DNA of 64,000 nt, from positions 15,421 to 79,420 of the forward strand of contig CACLRL010000002.1 in the NCBI GenBank assembly GCA_902609285.1, written 5' to 3'. Below the pieces are notes generated by a model that worked only from the letters and a program-made list of their open reading frames with translations, was not told the DNA's origin and ran no database searches. The position numbers were made by a program, and so were the translations under genes. Below, one piece after another: positions 37,262-46,841 of the stretch (positions within the stretch are counted from its first letter, which is position 1; each line of letters begins with the position of its first letter). Source of the stretch: an uncultured Candidatus Actinomarina sp. (GTDB lineage: Bacteria > Actinomycetota > Acidimicrobiia > Actinomarinales > Actinomarinaceae).

Positions 37262-38372
37262 AAAATTTATTAAACGTATTTTCAATATATTTGATATCTT
37301 CGTTTTTAATATTTGTGTGGACTGGAAGCCTTACTATTCTATTTGAAAGTTTTTCTGTAATTTCAAGTCTTGAATTTAATTTAAGATCTTTACCTTTTTT
37401 TGAATTATGTAATGGAACATAACCTATGTAGCAGTTGACACCTTCATTTTTTGTAAATTCGATAAACTTTTTCGCTATCGTGTTGTTTTTAAATATAAGA
37501 ACAAAAGCATGATAATTTGTTGTAGACAATGATGGCCCTTTTTGTACATATAAAGTATTTTTTAATTCTTCTTTTGAGAAATATGATGAATAAAAATTAT
37601 GTATTTTTTTTCTTTTTCTAATTATTTGATCATAGTCTTCTAATTGAGCATAAATTATTGCACTTAATATATCAGGAACTTGAAAACTTGAACCAATTTC
37701 TACCCATTCATATTTATTTTTAATTCCAGAAATTACTTTTGATCTGTCGGTACCTCTCTCGTAAATAAATTTTGCCTTTTCTATATATTTTGAATCATTA
37801 ACTGTAAGAAGTCCTGCATATCCACCTTGAATATTTTTAGTGTGATGAAAGGATATTGCAGATAAACTTCCAAATAGACCAACTTGTTTATTGTCCCAAG
37901 TAGTTCCTATGCCCTGAGCTGCATCTTCAATAATTGTTCCATTTTTTTTGAAATCTTTATAGCCAGACATATCGACTGAATAACCTCCATAATGTACAGG
38001 TACTAAGATATTATTCTTAGCATTTTTTATTACCCTATCTAAATTAATCATTAAATCATCAGGATTAATATCAAGGAACTCTATGTCATATCCCGCTCTT
38101 AAAAAGGCATTTGCTGTCGATGAAAATGTATAAGATGGTAAATAAACTTTTTGCTTTTTATTTTCCTTTGTTAATAAAGCTGCCATTTCTAATGCACCTG
38201 TTGCACTATGTGTAATAAATGTGTTTTTTAATCCAAATTTGTTTTTCAGTAAGTCTTTACATTTATCTTCAAAATAATCAGCTGTATAGTAATTAGAGTT
38301 GAGTGATTGATTGACATATTTTTTGACTTTATTTGATTTATAAGGTTCCTGAAAAAGGATATTTTTTTTCAT
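37233..38372 (-). CDS. DegT/DnrJ/EryC1-family sugar aminotransferase, WecE-like (dTDP-4-keto-6-deoxyhexose aminotransferase)
   Basis: HSATGALEMAALL and PSYTFSSTANAF closely parallel E. coli WecE. 379 aa. Confidence 0.75.
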   Translation of the reverse strand: MKKNILFQEPYKSNKVKKYVNQSLNSNYYTADYFEDKCKDLLKNKFGLKNTFITHSATGALEMAALLTKENKKQKVYLPSYTFSSTANAFLRAGYDIEFLDINPDDLMINLDRVIKNAKNNILVPVHYGGYSVDMSGYKDFKKNGTIIEDAAQGIGTTWDNKQVGLFGSLSAISFHHTKNIQGGYAGLLTVNDSKYIEKAKFIYERGTDRSKVISGIKNKYEWVEIGSSFQVPDILSAIIYAQLEDYDQIIRKRKKIHNFYSSYFSKEELKNTLYVQKGPSLSTTNYHAFVLIFKNNTIAKKFIEFTKNEGVNCYIGYVPLHNSKKGKDLKLNSRLEITEKLSNRIVRLPVHTNIKNEDIKYIENTFNKFFKRMLNISI

Positions 38373-39241
38373 TGATTAATTATTGAAGCTAGGTTTTCAG
38401 AATATTCAGAACCCTCAATTGATTTTATATAATTTACGAGTAAAACTTCATCAATCCAATTATTTCGAAATGCTATTTCATGAGGAGAGCAAACCAACAA
38501 TCCTTGTCTTTCTTGTATGGTCCTAACAAAAGATGAGCTATTGTAAAAAGACTCTGTTGTTCCCATGTCAAACCAAGCTGTTCCTCTACCAATTTCACGA
38601 TGTTGTACATTCTCTAATTTGTAATTTTTAATTATGTCTATTATTTCAAATTCATCTCTTCCAGAAACTTTTGTGTTCTTAAAATGTTCTTCGAATTTAT
38701 CGTCAAAAATATATAACCCGATAACTGCATTGTTTGATATAAATTTTTTTGGTTTTTCAACAAGTGATAAAATTTTCTTTTTATCTTTAGATAGTTCAGC
38801 TATTCCAAATCTCTCTGGATCTTTAACATGTTGAGTAAAGACAGTTGTTTGATTATTTTCATTGAAGAAACTATGTAAATTAGAATAAAAGTTTTGACCA
38901 AAAATAAAATTATCGCCTAACGCACAAATAAATTTTTCGTAGTTATTTGTATCTAAAGCAGAAGAGATTCCATGTGGAATCCCCAAAGGAGAATCTTGAA
39001 CGGCATAGTTTATTTGTACACCAAATTCTTCACCATCTTTTAAAAGTGATTTAAAACTATTTAAATCATTTCTATCACAAACAATAGTAATGTCTTTTAT
39101 TTCAGCCAAAAGCAGTATTGATAACGAATAATATATCATAGGTTTATCGTAAATCGGAATAAGATGTTTGTTAATGTAGCTAGTTGTTGGAAGAAGTCTT
39201 GTACCGTATCCTCCACAAAGTAAAATTCCACCTGTTTTCAT
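38369..39241 (-). CDS. rfbA: Glucose-1-phosphate thymidylyltransferase
   Basis: GGILLCGGYGTRLLPTTSYINKHLIPIYDKPMIYY. 290 aa. Confidence 0.85.
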   Translation of the reverse strand: MKTGGILLCGGYGTRLLPTTSYINKHLIPIYDKPMIYYSLSILLLAEIKDITIVCDRNDLNSFKSLLKDGEEFGVQINYAVQDSPLGIPHGISSALDTNNYEKFICALGDNFIFGQNFYSNLHSFFNENNQTTVFTQHVKDPERFGIAELSKDKKKILSLVEKPKKFISNNAVIGLYIFDDKFEEHFKNTKVSGRDEFEIIDIIKNYKLENVQHREIGRGTAWFDMGTTESFYNSSSFVRTIQERQGLLVCSPHEIAFRNNWIDEVLLVNYIKSIEGSEYSENLASIINQ

Positions 39242-39313
39242 AGTTACTAATAATAATATTTACTTTTTTTGAAAGATACATTGATTATTTTTATTATTTA
39301 AAATGAAATTAGA

Positions 39314-40231
39314 TTGAAAATATTAATTTCTGGCTTTGGAAGCCATGCAAAAAGAAGAATTATTCCTGCTTTACTTAACTGTAATGAAGTCAAAGAAATT
39401 GATGTAATATTAAGAAACAACAATAAGGACGATAGCCCAAATATTAAATTTGTTGATCTCCCTGAGATTAAGAATAAAAAATACGACAATGTAATTATTT
39501 CTTCACCTCCTTATGCCCATAAAGAAAATTTAATTTCTCTTAAAGAAAATTCCGATAACTTCATTATTGAAAAGCCTATTTTTGATAATTTAAATGACCT
39601 TACAGATGACAACCTAATATCTGAATTTAAAGGTAAAAATATTTTTGAGGGATTAATGTATATTTACCATCCTGTATGGAGTGAAGTTAAAAATATATTT
39701 GATACTGAATCTGTAATAGAATTTTCATCTTCATTCACAATACCCCATATTGAAGATACAAACTATAGATACATTAAAGACAAAGGTGGGGGGTTTACCT
39801 TAGATTTAGGAGTATATCCAATTTCATTATTTTTTAACTTAATTGGACATAACTTCGAAATAATAAAACAAAATTTGTATTGTGAAACTGATTTTCAGGT
39901 AGACCTCGGTGGAAATATACAGATAAAGACGGAAAAGGATATTATTTATACAGCAAAATGGGGTGCCGGATTTGAATATACAAATCATTTAAATATTAAA
40001 ACAAATAAAAAAACATATAATTTTCCATTTATTTTTACAAAAGATGAGAATTTTTATTCATATTACATTGAGAAAGAAAAGAATATACAAAGAAAAATTG
40101 AAATTGGTAAGTATGACCAATTCCAGTTAATGTATGAATATTTTTTTTCAAAAAAAATAAATCAATACGGACTTAACAACGATTTATTCAAAACTTACAA
40201 ATTATTATTCGATTTAATTAATAACAAATAG
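39314..40231 (+). CDS. Gfo/Idh/MocA-family oxidoreductase (possible sugar ketoreductase)
   Basis: TTG start. N-terminal Rossmann KILISGFGSHAKRRIIPAL. Context is next to rfbA and the 2,3-dehydratase. Confidence 0.55.
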   Translation: MKILISGFGSHAKRRIIPALLNCNEVKEIDVILRNNNKDDSPNIKFVDLPEIKNKKYDNVIISSPPYAHKENLISLKENSDNFIIEKPIFDNLNDLTDDNLISEFKGKNIFEGLMYIYHPVWSEVKNIFDTESVIEFSSSFTIPHIEDTNYRYIKDKGGGFTLDLGVYPISLFFNLIGHNFEIIKQNLYCETDFQVDLGGNIQIKTEKDIIYTAKWGAGFEYTNHLNIKTNKKTYNFPFIFTKDENFYSYYIEKEKNIQRKIEIGKYDQFQLMYEYFFSKKINQYGLNNDLFKTYKLLFDLINNK

Positions 40232-40260
40232 AATAATAACTAGTGACTATGATGAATTCA

Positions 40261-42096
40261 CTAACTCTTAAGATTTAATAGATATGATTTAAAATAATTT
40301 TCATAAACATATCTAGCAAAGATAGCAAGAAGTAAAAATATTGCTATATTATTTACAATTAAGAGGCCGTTGCTTATGAAATCTAGAGTATATAATGCTG
40401 GATTAAATGACAAAGCAAAAAATAAAATCCACTTAACAACATTCTCACTATTTTTAAATAATTGGAAAAATAGAATATAGAAAAGTGGAAGTCTGTAGAC
40501 ATGATTTACATAAAGTATTGTTGGTAAGAACCAAAACATTAAACCGTACATAAGGTAACTGTTCATAAAATTCTCAAACTTTATATTCTTGTATATTAAA
40601 TTAACTCTATCTGACAGCGTGACTACCGTAAAAATAAAGATAAGTAATACATAGAAAATTTTCCAATCAATATTAAAAATTCGTTCAAATACTAAGGCGT
40701 TATTTAAGAATCCATAACTTTGTACCCATAAAGTTGCTAAGGCAGTTGGATACTCATTTATAAATTTATCAAACGCAAAAATTAAAAAACTAAATGTAAG
40801 TAAAGTAATGTTAAAAATATATATTTTTTTCTCTTTTATTTTGAATGAGTAAAAAATTATACCTAACAAAATACCCATAACATGAATCTTATAAAGAGAG
40901 AATACAAAAATAATTAAACTGATGAGTCTTGGAAACACTCTATATTTTGTTAGGCAAAAAATAGAGATAATTAGCAATATTAGATCTACATTTAATAGAA
41001 ATGTTAAAAAATTAAGAGGAGGACTTAAAAATAAGAATGAAACTATGTACCAATCAAATTTTAATTTGAAAACTATATAGAAATAAATAAATAACAGAAA
41101 AAGTAAAGTAGCAGTACCTATATTTCTAGTAATTAAGAGAACATCTCCATTTAAAGGTAAATATCTTTCTAAAGTACCCCCACCGGCCCAAACCTTTACT
41201 CCGATACTCTCATAGCAGTCTGGAATATCTCTATTGATACACCAACTAGCAAAAAGATTTTTTCTTAGGTCATCATACCTGTTTAATCCTAAATAAATTC
41301 TTTGAGCAGTAGTAGCCCACCAATGATGTGTTGACGGATCAAAATAAAAACCTGAAACAATTCTTGCAAAGTAAAATAAAAAAACTGTGGATACCATGGA
41401 ATACTTTCTAAAGAGATTTTTATCATAAATATCATCTTTATTTATTAGATAATTAAAAAGAAAGAGAAATGGAAGAAATTCAATTTGGTAAAAAATAAAA
41501 AAGATAAAAGAAAAAGAAGTTATATATTTATTATTCAACTTTGATATAAGAACGGTCATAAAAAGGAAATACATAAAAAGATTATTTTGAGTTGGATCCA
41601 ATTGAGAGAGGTCAAAAAGTTCATCCCTGTGAGGAGTAATTAAGAAAGTGTAATTTGTGATATTTTGGTTAAAAAAGTAATTTACAAAATAATTAAAAAT
41701 TAAAAAACTCACTAAATTTAAACTCTGTTTATTTAGATTTTTTATTCTGAAACAATTAAAAATAAAGATACTATTAACTAGAAAAGTTATCACGATTGAA
41801 ATTATTGAGCTTGTCCCAATGTAAAAAATATTTGAATCTCCAGATTCAAATTTCATTAATTTGCCAATACAAGCTAAATTTTTATAATTTGAACGAATTT
41901 CTAAATTATAATTTTTAAAAATGTTTGGTTTTTGATTTTCAACAATCTGATTTGTTTCATGTTTATATAATTCGCAATTATTTTGAATTCCTTTATCAAT
42001 AGATAGTAATGAGCTAAACAATAGAAGAAAAACAGGTACGGCAGAAAGAAATATTATAAATTTATAGTTATTAAGTTTGTTCTCTATGTTTGTCAC
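40261..42096 (-). CDS. Polytopic membrane protein (611 aa) with N-terminal Cys-pair module, function unknown
   Basis: More than 10 hydrophobic segments. N-terminal C-x34-CIGKL followed by NIFYIGTSSIISI, homologous to the N-terminus of the 16923..18869 product. Confidence 0.5.
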   Translation of the reverse strand: MTNIENKLNNYKFIIFLSAVPVFLLLFSSLLSIDKGIQNNCELYKHETNQIVENQKPNIFKNYNLEIRSNYKNLACIGKLMKFESGDSNIFYIGTSSIISIVITFLVNSIFIFNCFRIKNLNKQSLNLVSFLIFNYFVNYFFNQNITNYTFLITPHRDELFDLSQLDPTQNNLFMYFLFMTVLISKLNNKYITSFSFIFFIFYQIEFLPFLFLFNYLINKDDIYDKNLFRKYSMVSTVFLFYFARIVSGFYFDPSTHHWWATTAQRIYLGLNRYDDLRKNLFASWCINRDIPDCYESIGVKVWAGGGTLERYLPLNGDVLLITRNIGTATLLFLLFIYFYIVFKLKFDWYIVSFLFLSPPLNFLTFLLNVDLILLIISIFCLTKYRVFPRLISLIIFVFSLYKIHVMGILLGIIFYSFKIKEKKIYIFNITLLTFSFLIFAFDKFINEYPTALATLWVQSYGFLNNALVFERIFNIDWKIFYVLLIFIFTVVTLSDRVNLIYKNIKFENFMNSYLMYGLMFWFLPTILYVNHVYRLPLFYILFFQLFKNSENVVKWILFFALSFNPALYTLDFISNGLLIVNNIAIFLLLAIFARYVYENYFKSYLLNLKS

Positions 42097-43199
42097 TTTT
42101 TCATAAAATAGTCTTTGATCTTATGAATTGTATAATCTAATTCTTTTGAAGTCATTAAGGGAAATATAGGTAAAGAAACAATTTTTTTTGAAAAATTTTC
42201 GCTATTTTTTAACTCATTAGATTTTATTTTTAGATACTTATAGGCTTTTTGGTTGTGAATTGGTATAGGATAATGGATCCCTAATTCAACACCTGATTCA
42301 TTCATAAATGACATAAAGTTATTTCTATTAGGAACCCTGATAACAAATAAATGCCAAGTGTGATAGTTTAAATAAAACGTTTCAGGCAATACTAAGTTTT
42401 CAAATTCAATTAGTTCAGATAAATACAAATTTGCCACTTTATTTCTCTGCTTATTCCAGTCATCGATGTAATTTAATTTTTCTGACAAAACAATAGCTTG
42501 AAGAGTATTTAATCTTGAATTAAAGCCTATTTCATCATGTATATACTTTTTTTTACTTCCCCAGTTTCTTATTGATATTAACTTTTCAGCAAGCTTACCA
42601 TTATTAGTTGTTATCGCACCACCATCACCCCATGCTCCAAGATTTTTACCAGGATAAAAACTATAAGCTGCAGCAACACCATACTTTCCAGGACTATTTT
42701 CTTTAAATGTAGAACCATGTGCCTGAGCTGAATCTTCAATATAAAATAAACCATTTTCTTTACATATTTTCTTAATTTCAACATTATCCGCTTGCTGACC
42801 ATATAAATGTACTCCGATAATTGCTTTGGTTTTATTTGAAATATTCTCAACAATTTTTTCAACATCAATTAAATAGAAATTGTTATTGTCTGTAAAAATT
42901 GGTTTTGCACCTGTTCTTGTAACTGCTAGTGCTGTGGCAATAAAGGTATTACTCGGAATAATTACTTCATCACCATGACCAATATTTAGAGCTCTTAATA
43001 TTAGTTCGATAGCATCAGTTCCACTGGAACAGCTTATTGCATATTTTGAATTTGTATATTTGGCAAAACTCTTTTCAAAATCTAAAACTGAATTACTTAA
43101 AATAAATTCACTCTTATCAATAGTGTGATCTAGTTTGCTCATTACTGTTTTTTTGATAGGTTTATGAATTCTATTTAGATCATTGAATGGAACTTTCAT
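42093..43199 (-). CDS. DegT/DnrJ/EryC1-family sugar aminotransferase
   Basis: SCSSGTDAIELILRAL and SFYPGKNLGAWGDGGAITT (PLP lysine region). Confidence 0.8.
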   Translation of the reverse strand: MKVPFNDLNRIHKPIKKTVMSKLDHTIDKSEFILSNSVLDFEKSFAKYTNSKYAISCSSGTDAIELILRALNIGHGDEVIIPSNTFIATALAVTRTGAKPIFTDNNNFYLIDVEKIVENISNKTKAIIGVHLYGQQADNVEIKKICKENGLFYIEDSAQAHGSTFKENSPGKYGVAAAYSFYPGKNLGAWGDGGAITTNNGKLAEKLISIRNWGSKKKYIHDEIGFNSRLNTLQAIVLSEKLNYIDDWNKQRNKVANLYLSELIEFENLVLPETFYLNYHTWHLFVIRVPNRNNFMSFMNESGVELGIHYPIPIHNQKAYKYLKIKSNELKNSENFSKKIVSLPIFPLMTSKELDYTIHKIKDYFMKK

Positions 43200-44191
43200 T
43201 TGTTTAAACTTAAACTAATTTTTTCCATTGTCTCAATTATTTTTAAGGTTAGTTCTTTTGAATTGACTACGTTAAATTCATTATCAATTATAAGTTTATA
43301 GAAATCTAAAACAACATTCATTAGTGGTTCAGATCTTATAATATTTGGAATTGTAATTATTCCTGATTTGACTTTAAACATGTTGATTTTGTAATCTGAA
43401 ATATTGTTTTCTTTTTCAACACCTTTGTCCATAATCTTAAGTTCTTGATCAGGAAGAAGACCATTCCAAACTGCCATCTTTTTGTCTCCAACAACTTTGA
43501 TGATCCTAGATTTTTCGGGATGTAGCCAACTTGAAAAAAGCGTAGCAAAAATATTTTCAAACTCTAAAGAAATATTAACTATATCCTCATTGGTTTTATT
43601 CAAAAGAGCTATTCCATTGGCCTCAACTTTAATTGGGGTATCATCAATTAATGCAAATAGAATTGAAAGGTCGTGGGTACTTAAATCCCAAGCAGCATTT
43701 GTATCTGTTCTTACTGGACCTAGATTTGTTCTTTCAAAACTTAAATGCAATAAATCTCCAAGTTCATTATTTTCAATTATTTTTTTAAGTTCTAAAATGC
43801 TTTGGTCATACAAAAATGTGTGATCAACTAGTAATTTTAATTTGTTTGATTCAGCTAAATCGTATAATTCTTTCGCCTCTGAATAAGATGTCGTTAATGG
43901 TTTTTCAACTAAACAGTGGATATTATTGTTAAGTAAAACTTTAGTTATTTCATAGTGTGTTGTTGTTGGCGTAGCAACAATAGCACAATCAATATTGTCA
44001 AGAATATCAATAGCATCATTTACATTGTTAAGTACTGGATAATTTTGAATTGACTCATTGTTTTCATATACAAAATTTTCATCGACTATTCCAACTAAAT
44101 TAAAAAAGGAACTTTTATCTTCAATTATTCTATAAAAGTTCTTACCCCAGTATCCAAAACCCACCAGCAAAATGTTTAATTGTTTTTTCAT
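43196..44191 (-). CDS. Gfo/Idh/MocA-family sugar dehydrogenase (WbpB-like)
   Basis: LNILLVGFGYWGKNF Rossmann motif. CLVEKPLT motif. Overlaps the aminotransferase gene by 4 nt. Confidence 0.7.
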   Translation of the reverse strand: MKKQLNILLVGFGYWGKNFYRIIEDKSSFFNLVGIVDENFVYENNESIQNYPVLNNVNDAIDILDNIDCAIVATPTTTHYEITKVLLNNNIHCLVEKPLTTSYSEAKELYDLAESNKLKLLVDHTFLYDQSILELKKIIENNELGDLLHLSFERTNLGPVRTDTNAAWDLSTHDLSILFALIDDTPIKVEANGIALLNKTNEDIVNISLEFENIFATLFSSWLHPEKSRIIKVVGDKKMAVWNGLLPDQELKIMDKGVEKENNISDYKINMFKVKSGIITIPNIIRSEPLMNVVLDFYKLIIDNEFNVVNSKELTLKIIETMEKISLSLNK

Positions 44192-44292
44192 TAATTTTTC
44201 ATTTTATTCTTAAATAAAAGATTAGTTTAAAATTATGTTTAGAAATATAGAAAAAGCAATCTATTTCCTAATCTGTATAATAAATATTAAAA

Positions 44293-45027
44293 ATGGATAA
44301 TGTGCCCAGCTTTCATAAAAGTATTTCAGCTGTAGTAACTTTACACAATAAATCTTCAACAATATTGCCTACGTTAGACAAGTTGAAAATTGACTTAACA
44401 AATTTAGATTACGAAATAATTATTGTTGAGAATGGATCATCTGATAATTCTTTTGAACTAACTAAAAAATGGTGTTTGGATAATCCTGATGTTGATGCAC
44501 ATTTAATTACTTCTGAAATTGGCTTAGGTAATGCTTTCAAAAAAGGAATCGATTCTTCTACTAAGGACTTTATATGGTCTGTTCCTGCTGATATGCAGTT
44601 TGGTACATCAGACTTACTTTCATTCATAAGAAATTATTCAGAGGATATTTCACTTTATATTGGTTCCCGTCTTCACGATGATTCTGTAGTTGTTAGAAAT
44701 TGGAATAGAAAGTATATTTCTTTAGTTTTTAATTTTGTTAAAAAGATATTAATCAATTCGAATGTTAAAGACACTATGGGAACAATAATTGGTGATGCGA
44801 AAACTATGAAGAAATATTATTTGCTCCCAAAAACCACTAAGTTTTTTTATATTACAGAGTTGATTGCATATTATGAAAAAGATGATTTAAAAATATTAGA
44901 AGTGCCTGTTGAAACCTTCACAGAGATAGATTTATCGAGTGGTAACTCTTCAACAGTTAATTTATTTCTGACGCCTATTGAAGTTTTCTTTAATCTAATT
45001 TCTCTAAGTTTTAGGTTAAGAAGATAG
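44293..45027 (+). CDS. GT2 glycosyltransferase, DPM1-like size
   Basis: ISAVVTLHNKSSTI and IIIVENGSSDNS. 244 aa. Divergent from the dehydrogenase/aminotransferase/membrane-protein operon. Confidence 0.6.
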   Translation: MDNVPSFHKSISAVVTLHNKSSTILPTLDKLKIDLTNLDYEIIIVENGSSDNSFELTKKWCLDNPDVDAHLITSEIGLGNAFKKGIDSSTKDFIWSVPADMQFGTSDLLSFIRNYSEDISLYIGSRLHDDSVVVRNWNRKYISLVFNFVKKILINSNVKDTMGTIIGDAKTMKKYYLLPKTTKFFYITELIAYYEKDDLKILEVPVETFTEIDLSSGNSSTVNLFLTPIEVFFNLISLSFRLRR

Positions 45028-45050
45028 TAATTAAACTTTGTAGGGAAATG

Positions 45051-45791
45051 TTAATATTTTTCAAGAAAAACACTTCCCTCGTTTAAATTAAATTTAATAA
45101 GTTTTTTATTTTTTAAATTATATAAATAAACATTCTTTATACAAATTCTTTTAGAATTCATAATTATATATGGGCGATAGTTTTCATTCATTAATGCCTT
45201 TGTCATATTTTTTATTGTCTGAAAGTTTAAGTTTTTTGTAATTCTTGAATCGCTAGGAATTCTTTTTGGTGCAATTTTACTTACATTTCGTTCTTGCTTT
45301 TTTGCATTTTTAAACCCACTTTTATAATTCAAAAATAAATATTCAACCAATTCGACACTATGTCTAACCATTAATCTCCTAACTGTTACCTCATTTGGAA
45401 CACTCTTAAATGCTTTAACTGTTTGTTTAACTATTTTTCCTGTGTCATACTCTTTTTCAAGGAAATGAAGAGTACATCCATACTTTTTTTCTCCATTGAT
45501 TATCATTGCTTGAATGGGATGCCTTCCTCTATAATCAGGCAAAATTGATTGATGAATATTAAATGCGCCGTAATTTGAGATTATATTTGATACTTGGAGT
45601 TTTTCTGAAAAGCCTATGCTTATTGCAAGATCACACTCAAAAATATCGTTTTTATCATATTTTTTATATTTATAGTTAACATAACTATTTGAAATTAATT
45701 CAATTTTATATTGATCTAAAATATTTTTGTCAAGATTGTTAAGTATCTGTAAAGAGAACTCGCTACTTACAAAAAAAATAACCTTCTTCAT
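45051..45791 (-). CDS. Formyltransferase-domain protein (probable sugar N-formyltransferase)
   Basis: FNIHQSILPDYRGRHP (HxSLLPxxRG motif) and YDTGKIV. 246 aa. Lacks the Fmt C-terminal tRNA-binding domain length. Confidence 0.7.
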   Translation of the reverse strand: MKKVIFFVSSEFSLQILNNLDKNILDQYKIELISNSYVNYKYKKYDKNDIFECDLAISIGFSEKLQVSNIISNYGAFNIHQSILPDYRGRHPIQAMIINGEKKYGCTLHFLEKEYDTGKIVKQTVKAFKSVPNEVTVRRLMVRHSVELVEYLFLNYKSGFKNAKKQERNVSKIAPKRIPSDSRITKNLNFQTIKNMTKALMNENYRPYIIMNSKRICIKNVYLYNLKNKKLIKFNLNEGSVFLEKY

Positions 45792-45794
45792 ATC

Positions 45795-46751
45795 TTATGG
45801 AATGTTTATTAAGTAAGTTTCTCTAATTGTTGCAAGAGTATTAAATTTTTCTTTAAACGAATTGAGATTACCATTAACCACCATTCCTTTTTTTTCTGTT
45901 GAGATTCCCAAACTATAATTCTTAAAACCTAAACTTTTATAATTATGAGCTATAAAATCAATCGTATTTATTAACGGACTTGATTTTATAAAATCATAAT
46001 CTGTACAAAAATAAAAAGAATGAACCGTTTTAGTATCTAATTTCATTACTAGAGAAGCTGATATAATTTTACCTTCTAGATTTTTTGTAACAAAAAGATC
46101 AAAATCATCATTTAAATTTTCGATTAAATAATTTAATTCTTCAATTGAGTGAGTTGGTTTTGTATCGTGTTTTACTAAATTTTTTTCTAATATTTTATAA
46201 AAATTTAAAATATCTTTTTTTTCTAAAGATTGCAATGTATGGAAATTTTTGTTTTTCTTTAGAATCCTTTCAAAGTTTTTTGAATATTTAGTATTATCCA
46301 GTTCATCAAGAGGTATATATTGGGAGATTTCCTTAAATACTTTTGTAGTTTCAGAGTTAGTTACATACTTAAATTTATCAAAATAATTTTTAGACATAAT
46401 GCTATAAGGAAATCTTATTTCAAGTTCATTTAATTTTCTTACTTTACATTCTTGATAGATTATATTCTTTATCTCACTCACTTGCTCTAACTTCAAGTTT
46501 TGTTTGTATATTAACCCGCCATAAGATGCTCCAGGATGAGATACTAATTTGTCATTTAATACCGCGGCTGCCAATACAGCAACTATTTCATTATCCAATG
46601 TAAATATAAAAGAAAGATCTTCAAATTTTTCCTTATGGTAATTTAGAAATTCTCTTCTTGAATGCAGAGTCCCTCCGCTGGTACTTAATACAAATTGATC
46701 CCACTCATCAGATACGTTTTGGGAAAAAATAGAATACTTTATTTGATCCAT
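45795..46751 (-). CDS. FemAB-like / GNAT-fold acyl- or aminoacyl-transferase
   Basis: WDQFVLSTSGGTLHSRREFLNYH N-terminus and C-terminal NLNSFKEKFN resemble the FemAB/Acetyltransf_6 family. Confidence 0.45.
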   Translation of the reverse strand: MDQIKYSIFSQNVSDEWDQFVLSTSGGTLHSRREFLNYHKEKFEDLSFIFTLDNEIVAVLAAAVLNDKLVSHPGASYGGLIYKQNLKLEQVSEIKNIIYQECKVRKLNELEIRFPYSIMSKNYFDKFKYVTNSETTKVFKEISQYIPLDELDNTKYSKNFERILKKNKNFHTLQSLEKKDILNFYKILEKNLVKHDTKPTHSIEELNYLIENLNDDFDLFVTKNLEGKIISASLVMKLDTKTVHSFYFCTDYDFIKSSPLINTIDFIAHNYKSLGFKNYSLGISTEKKGMVVNGNLNSFKEKFNTLATIRETYLINIP

Positions 46752-46841
46752 AGCTTTAAATTATATAGATTGTATTTAAAAAATTCATTAAATTTTTATA
46801 CAAAGAAATAGAAAAACAAATCTTGTTTGAATAAATTTTAC

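Noticed and set aside
43482-43823. 113-aa antisense ORF. Similar antisense ORFs lie at 57086-57472, 21329-21640, 58371-58673, 10706-10969, 11844-12229, 2777-2968 and elsewhere.
   Set aside because: All are embedded antisense in long genes with clear family motifs. They are typical spurious ORFs of A/T-rich DNA.
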